From assembly GCA_018664825.1 (NCBI GenBank), contig JABJNO010000018.1, positions 22,722-86,721 of the forward strand: DNA of 64,000 nt, given 5' to 3'. The notes beneath the pieces are model-generated. The model ran no database searches, was not told the DNA's origin, and saw only the letters and a program-made list of their open reading frames with translations. Each line of letters begins with the position of its first letter. The stretch's first letter is position 1. The position numbers were made by a program, and so were the translations under genes. The stretch comes from Candidatus Parcubacteria bacterium. GTDB lineage: Bacteria > Patescibacteriota > Patescibacteriia > UBA1558 > GWA2-36-10. Below, piece by piece: positions 59,916 through 64,000 of this stretch.

Positions 59916-61184
59916 TTATTTTTTTAATATATTTAAAAATTTATTTTTATTTTCAAATGTCCCAATGATTGCCAAATTTGATTGTTTCCAATCTACGATA
60001 TCTTTGGCAGCTTTATTGACCTGGAGTAGTGTGATTTTGTCTAGCTCGGCTAGTTTTTTCTCAAGATCTTTGATTTCTTTTTGTAAAAACTCTTGTGATA
60101 TCAAAAAGTTGAGATGAGCACCTGCATTTTCCATTTTCAAAATTGTGCGACCACGGATATTATCCTTGGCTTTCTGAAGCTCTTCTTTTGTTATTCCTTT
60201 ATATTTTACATCATTTAGCTCTTTTTTGATAGCTTCCAAAGCTTCATAGATTTTCTCTTTATTTAGGCCCGCGTGTACCAAAAATCCACTAGTATCTGTA
60301 TAACCACTCAAAGATGCTTTGATAAAATAACAAAGTCCTTTTCTTTCGCGGATATTGAGAAACAAACGAGAACTCATAGTGCCCCCTAGGATATTGGCTA
60401 GTAGCTGATTGTGCAAAAACTCTTTTTTGACACTAGCTATACTACGAAATCCAAGCATAAGCTGAACTTGTTCTACATCTCTTTTAAAAATTTTTACTCT
60501 GGGCGATGCTTGTTTGAAAGTTGCTAATTTTTTGCTTTTTACTCTGGCCTGTTTTTTGCCTACTGGAAAAAGTTTATCTATAAGTTTCAAGGCTTGTTTT
60601 TCATCAAATTTTCCAGCTACACCTATAACAGCATTACCATTGTAATAATATTTTTTGTAATAATTGTACAAAGTATTTCGAGACATTGTCTGGATATTTA
60701 CCCTAGGTCCTGCAATAGACATACCCAAATCACTTTTATCAAAAAGCAACATCTCAAATACATCTTCTATGTGCATCAAAGGATTGTCTTCGTACATATT
60801 TATTTCTTCGACGATCACTCCTCTTTCCCTGTCTACTTCTTTGGGATCAAATTTTGAATTGTGAATCATGTCAGAAATCATATCAGCAGCCAAAGGCAAA
60901 TGTTTGCTATCAGCTGTGATGTAGTAGCCCGTGTATTCTTTGCCTGTAAAAGCATTGTAATCAGCCCCAATACCATCTAGCTCTCGAGAAATATCGACAG
61001 TGTGTGGTCTTCGCTCGGTGCCTTTGAACATCAGGTGTTCCACAAAATGAGAAGCGCCGTTGTTTTTTTTATTTTCTTGACGTGAGCCTACTTTAAACAA
61101 AATCTCAAAAGTAGCTGCCTTGGTGTCTTTTTTGGGTGCCAAGATTATGACACTACCGTCTTTTCTTTCTATTCTTTTAAACAT
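59916..61184 (-). CDS. M16-family (pitrilysin-like) zinc peptidase
   Basis: It carries the inverted HxxEH motif (HFVEH). Confidence 0.75.
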   Translation of the reverse strand: MFKRIERKDGSVIILAPKKDTKAATFEILFKVGSRQENKKNNGASHFVEHLMFKGTERRPHTVDISRELDGIGADYNAFTGKEYTGYYITADSKHLPLAADMISDMIHNSKFDPKEVDRERGVIVEEINMYEDNPLMHIEDVFEMLLFDKSDLGMSIAGPRVNIQTMSRNTLYNYYKKYYYNGNAVIGVAGKFDEKQALKLIDKLFPVGKKQARVKSKKLATFKQASPRVKIFKRDVEQVQLMLGFRSIASVKKEFLHNQLLANILGGTMSSRLFLNIRERKGLCYFIKASLSGYTDTSGFLVHAGLNKEKIYEALEAIKKELNDVKYKGITKEELQKAKDNIRGRTILKMENAGAHLNFLISQEFLQKEIKDLEKKLAELDKITLLQVNKAAKDIVDWKQSNLAIIGTFENKNKFLNILKK

Positions 61185-61204
61185 ATATGTTAAATTTTTA
61201 TTTG

Positions 61205-61549
61205 TTAAATTCTTTTAAAATAATATTCTTTTTGTTCTATTTGTTTTTTTATTTCGTTGTTATCAAGCTGAGCCATGGCGGCCATATCTTTGGAGGCGAT
61301 AACATTTTGAGTTTTATTTAATTCAATAATTCTCTCTGAGTACATTTCTCTTAATTTCAATAATTCTCTATCCACATAAAAATTATCCAAAACATACCTC
61401 AGGTCTGTAGCGGCCCGTTGGATGGCAAATTTGATATGCCCCTTTCCCCGATCAATAATCCCTTGGAAAATTTCATCATGCTCTGCCTTGAATTCCTCGA
61501 CTTGCTTGAATTCGTTTTTTAATTGTTCACAAACTTCTGTTTTAATCAT
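61205..61549 (-). CDS. Tandem-array Cys-motif family member 5 of 5 (114 aa)
   Basis: It carries MIKTEVCEQLK...DNFYVDRELL...VIASKD. Confidence 0.5.
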   Translation of the reverse strand: MIKTEVCEQLKNEFKQVEEFKAEHDEIFQGIIDRGKGHIKFAIQRAATDLRYVLDNFYVDRELLKLREMYSERIIELNKTQNVIASKDMAAMAQLDNNEIKKQIEQKEYYFKRI

Positions 61550-61833
61550 CTAAAAAATTTATCCTTTAAAAAATAAGGTACCCTGTCTTTTATCAATTTA
61601 TCTTTCATTGATTCTAATTCTGTAGGAGTCCAGAACCCTGTATAATTATCATCATTTTTATAACTACCTATACTACGTAAAATATGAGGATCAACATAAA
61701 AGGCATTTATAGCATCCCTAATGCTAGTAAGTTTGACTCCAAAATCTTTATCACCCGCAGCAATGCTCGTCAACTGAAGTCCCGTGATAGTAATTTCGTT
61801 TCTTAACTCTTCACAAAGCTCTACTTTATTCAT
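61546..61833 (-). CDS. Tandem-array Cys-motif family member 4 of 5 (95 aa)
   Basis: It carries MNKVELCEELR...NAFYVDPHIL...VPYFL, with ATGA overlaps on both sides. Confidence 0.5.
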   Translation of the reverse strand: MNKVELCEELRNEITITGLQLTSIAAGDKDFGVKLTSIRDAINAFYVDPHILRSIGSYKNDDNYTGFWTPTELESMKDKLIKDRVPYFLKDKFFR

Positions 61834-62164
61834 AAGGCTCTTGTAAAAAATAAGGTATACCCTTGGCTCTTTCTTCTTTTATCTGCTTCTTCATGCTTGT
61901 TTTAATTTTTTCTAACTTTTCAGCTTTTTCTGCACCAACAAATTTTAGGTATATCAAATCTATCCCTTGCCGATAAATATCTAGAGCTGTTTGATTCATA
62001 TAAAACTCATCAATTTTGTCTTGAATAAATTCACTCTGCTCTATTGTGGCCTTTCTTACTTCTTCCAAGCCTAAATTTTTTATATCAAAATCAAACTTAT
62101 CCAAATATCCTCTGACAGTTATTATATCGGCTCTAAGTTTTTCACAGACTTCTGTTTTAGTCAT
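61826..62164 (-). CDS. Tandem-array Cys-motif family member 3 of 5 (112 aa)
   Basis: It carries MTKTEVCEKLRADI...DEFYMNQTAL...IPYFL. Confidence 0.5.
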   Translation of the reverse strand: MTKTEVCEKLRADIITVRGYLDKFDFDIKNLGLEEVRKATIEQSEFIQDKIDEFYMNQTALDIYRQGIDLIYLKFVGAEKAEKLEKIKTSMKKQIKEERAKGIPYFLQEPYE

Positions 62165-62507
62165 CTAGTTTCATCGTCTTAAAATATGGAATTTTTCTTA
62201 TCTTTTGCTCGAACACCATGTCTTCAAATTTTCTAACATCACTTGAAAGAATTTTGAATAATACATGGAACTCTTCTTGATTGGTTTTAAGGTTTGAAAG
62301 TTTCTTCTCTGCTTTTTCTAATAAACTTAATGTAGCAGGGCGTACATAAAAATTGTCTATGTTGTTCCTAGCCTGCTTTAAAGCTTCTACTAGGTCATCC
62401 AGAATAGCCATATCCCGACTAGCTATCATATTATGAATAGCCTGCATTTCATCTTTCAGTACACCAAAATCTATTCTTATTTTTTCGCAAACTTCTACTT
62501 TAGTCAT
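62157..62507 (-). CDS. Tandem-array Cys-motif family member 2 of 5 (116 aa)
   Basis: It carries MTKVEVCEKIR...MIASRD...DNFYVRPATL...IPYF. Confidence 0.5.
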   Translation of the reverse strand: MTKVEVCEKIRIDFGVLKDEMQAIHNMIASRDMAILDDLVEALKQARNNIDNFYVRPATLSLLEKAEKKLSNLKTNQEEFHVLFKILSSDVRKFEDMVFEQKIRKIPYFKTMKLDD

Positions 62508-62841
62508 TTATCTTTTCTCTTAAAAAATATGGAATTTTTTCTTTTCTCATCCTCTCTACTTTGGGTGCCAAGTGTTTGTATAGTCTAATATCAAAATTAG
62601 GACTTCCTTGAGGCATTTTCTCAAAATGTAAATAATGCTTTAAAATTCTTGACTCTACATAAAATTCATCCATCCTATCCTTGATAAAATCAATCATCTC
62701 ATCAATAACCAAATCTTCTTCAAGTTGTTTCAATAATTTTAAATCACGGCTAGCTATAACTTTATTGATTCCACCTTGCAGTGATCCTTTTAATATAGCA
62801 ATGTCTGCCTTGAGTTTTTTACATTCTTGTAGTTTAGTCAT
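62500..62841 (-). CDS. Tandem-array Cys-motif family member 1 of 5 (113 aa)
   Basis: It carries MTKLQECKKLKADI...VIASRD...DEFYVESRIL...IPYFL. Confidence 0.5.
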   Translation of the reverse strand: MTKLQECKKLKADIAILKGSLQGGINKVIASRDLKLLKQLEEDLVIDEMIDFIKDRMDEFYVESRILKHYLHFEKMPQGSPNFDIRLYKHLAPKVERMRKEKIPYFLREKIND

Positions 62842-63389
62842 TATCTTATTTCAAATTTTTCTATCTTTCCCTCTTTTTTCAATCTCTCGGCATCTTTTTT
62901 GTGCTTTTTGTTTATAATCAGTTTACCCGTGACATAAAGATTGAGTGGTAGCTCAAAAAGATTTGTCCAATCTGAGACATCTAGATCTCCTTCAAATTCC
63001 AAATCTTCTGCCAAAACTGATAATTTAGCATTTTTTAAAACAAAGGAACGCGGAATAACAACTTTTTTTCTATCATGATCAATATGCACATATTTTTTTA
63101 TAAAAGAATAAATCCTATGACGATCCTCTCCCATGCCCTTGGTTGCTTTTATATAATGTACAAGTGCGTTTCTTATAAACTCCTCCAAATCCGCCCCCTC
63201 AGGCCTGTCACGAAGTACGGGATAATTTCTTTTATTCCCATATTTATAAATCCTTCTCTTCAAAAATTTTAATTCTTCAAGCCCACCCTTATCTTCTAGC
63301 ATACTTAGATTAATAGAAAAATCTCTTAGCCTTTCTTTGGCTATAGCAATAGAATCTCTAAAATGCTGACAATCTGGAAATAAAATCAT
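62841..63389 (-). CDS. Long member (C) of the Cys-motif family with an LRR-like C-terminal part and a basic tail; TAATG-coupled to glyS
   Basis: It carries FPDCQHFRDSIAIAKERLRDF, then LEFEGDLDV and LPLNLYVTGKLII, ending KKDAERLKKEGKIEKFEIR. Confidence 0.5.
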   Translation of the reverse strand: MILFPDCQHFRDSIAIAKERLRDFSINLSMLEDKGGLEELKFLKRRIYKYGNKRNYPVLRDRPEGADLEEFIRNALVHYIKATKGMGEDRHRIYSFIKKYVHIDHDRKKVVIPRSFVLKNAKLSVLAEDLEFEGDLDVSDWTNLFELPLNLYVTGKLIINKKHKKDAERLKKEGKIEKFEIR

Positions 63390-64000
63390 TAGCCTAATTT
63401 ATTTTCAAAATATTTATCAAGCTCATCTATAGCTATACGATCTTGCTCCATGGTATCTCTGTCTCTGATAGTCACTTGCTTGTCTTCCAGGCTATCAAAA
63501 TCTATAGTCACACAATACGGAGTACCGATTTCGTCTTGACGACGATAACGTTTACCAATGGCCTGCGTCTCATCATAGACACATACAAAATTTTGTTTGA
63601 GCTTCATCAATATATCTCGAGATAGATTGGCTAGTGGTTCTTTTTTGGATAAAGGTAAAACCGCAATCTTGATAGGAGCCAAGGCATAAGGAAGTTTCAA
63701 AACAACTTCTTTGTCCTTGATGGCCTTGGTGGTAGTACTACGACCACCCTCTATCTCTGTATAAGCAGCCAACATGACAGCCAAAAATGATCTATCTACT
63801 CCCAAGCTAGGTTCGATGACGTGAGGTAAATATTTTTCATTGGTAATTGGATCTCTATAAGTCAAATCTTGTTTTGAGTGTTTTTGGTGTTGACTAAGGT
63901 CATAATCAGTACGATAAGCCAATCCCCAAAGCTCTTTTTGTCCAAATGGAAATTTGTATTCAAAATCAATGGTTCGCTTTGAATAAAAAGCCCTGTCTTT
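63389..64000 (-). CDS. glyS: Glycyl-tRNA synthetase (dimeric alpha2 class II type), C-terminal part; the gene continues beyond the window
   Basis: The reading frame stays open to position 64000 (KDRAFYSKRTIDFEYKFPFGQKELWGLAYRTDYDL...). The anticodon-binding domain tail reads VTIRDRDTMEQDRIAIDELDKYF. The apparent Met in the track at 63922 is a TTG codon. Confidence 0.75.
   Translation of the reverse strand, partial: KDRAFYSKRTIDFEYKFPFGQKELWGLAYRTDYDLSQHQKHSKQDLTYRDPITNEKYLPHVIEPSLGVDRSFLAVMLAAYTEIEGGRSTTTKAIKDKEVVLKLPYALAPIKIAVLPLSKKEPLANLSRDILMKLKQNFVCVYDETQAIGKRYRRQDEIGTPYCVTIDFDSLEDKQVTIRDRDTMEQDRIAIDELDKYFENKLG

Noticed and set aside
63389-63922. The track lists glyS as a complete 177-aa ORF starting with Met
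   Set aside because: The codon at 63920-63922 is TTG and the frame stays open to the window edge. This is the C-terminal part of a longer GlyRS gene, not a complete small ORF.

Overview
This 64 kb window looks like a low-GC, gene-dense bacterial chromosome segment with short intergenic spacers, many ATGA/TAATG start-stop overlaps, a strong minus-strand coding bias and the standard genetic code. The gene content suggests a reduced genome of the CPR/Patescibacteria kind; that is an inference, not a demonstrated placement. A conserved housekeeping core runs from about 12.5 to 44 kb and 52 to 61 kb. It contains hisS, lepB, an LCP protein, der, pth, pepA, rplA, rplK, nusG, secE, gyrB, pheS, pheT, a UvrD-type helicase fused to a RecB-like Fe-S nuclease, a complete F1Fo ATP synthase operon (atpI-like, B, E, F, H, A, G, D, C), rmuC, a CDA-fold deaminase, tatD, cvpA, metG, rsmI, an AI-2E transporter, an M16 peptidase and a partial glyS. 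Accessory content is interleaved with this core. (1) At 0.26-12.5 kb there is a giant 3098-aa cysteine-rich surface protein with IPT/TIG, Fn3 and myxo-type disulfide repeats, plus a 540-aa paralog that shares its N-terminal signal/double-helix membrane module, and two TSP3-repeat type-II membrane proteins. (2) At 44.2-52.0 kb there is a very large AAA+ (MoxR/AAA_5-like) ATPase next to a 1053-aa protein that combines an N-terminal HExxH metallopeptidase-like domain, a poly-acidic linker and a C-terminal vWA domain with a DxSGSM MIDAS motif. This pair resembles a hypertrophied MoxR-vWA system and is bracketed by two members of a lineage-specific paralog family. (3) That family has at least ten members in the window. 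They share an N-terminal M-T-K-x-E-V-C-E-K-L-R motif and an internal FYV motif. Five sit in a translationally coupled tandem array at 61.2-62.8 kb, and three longer members carry LRR-like LPxxLxIxGxL repeats and a basic tail; several are start-stop coupled to metG, glyS and rmuC. (4) Two small G+C-rich islands are likely foreign: a stand-alone HPt phosphotransfer protein with a strong SD, and a 105-aa plus acidic 64-aa pair. I saw no rRNA, tRNA, CRISPR array or transposase.
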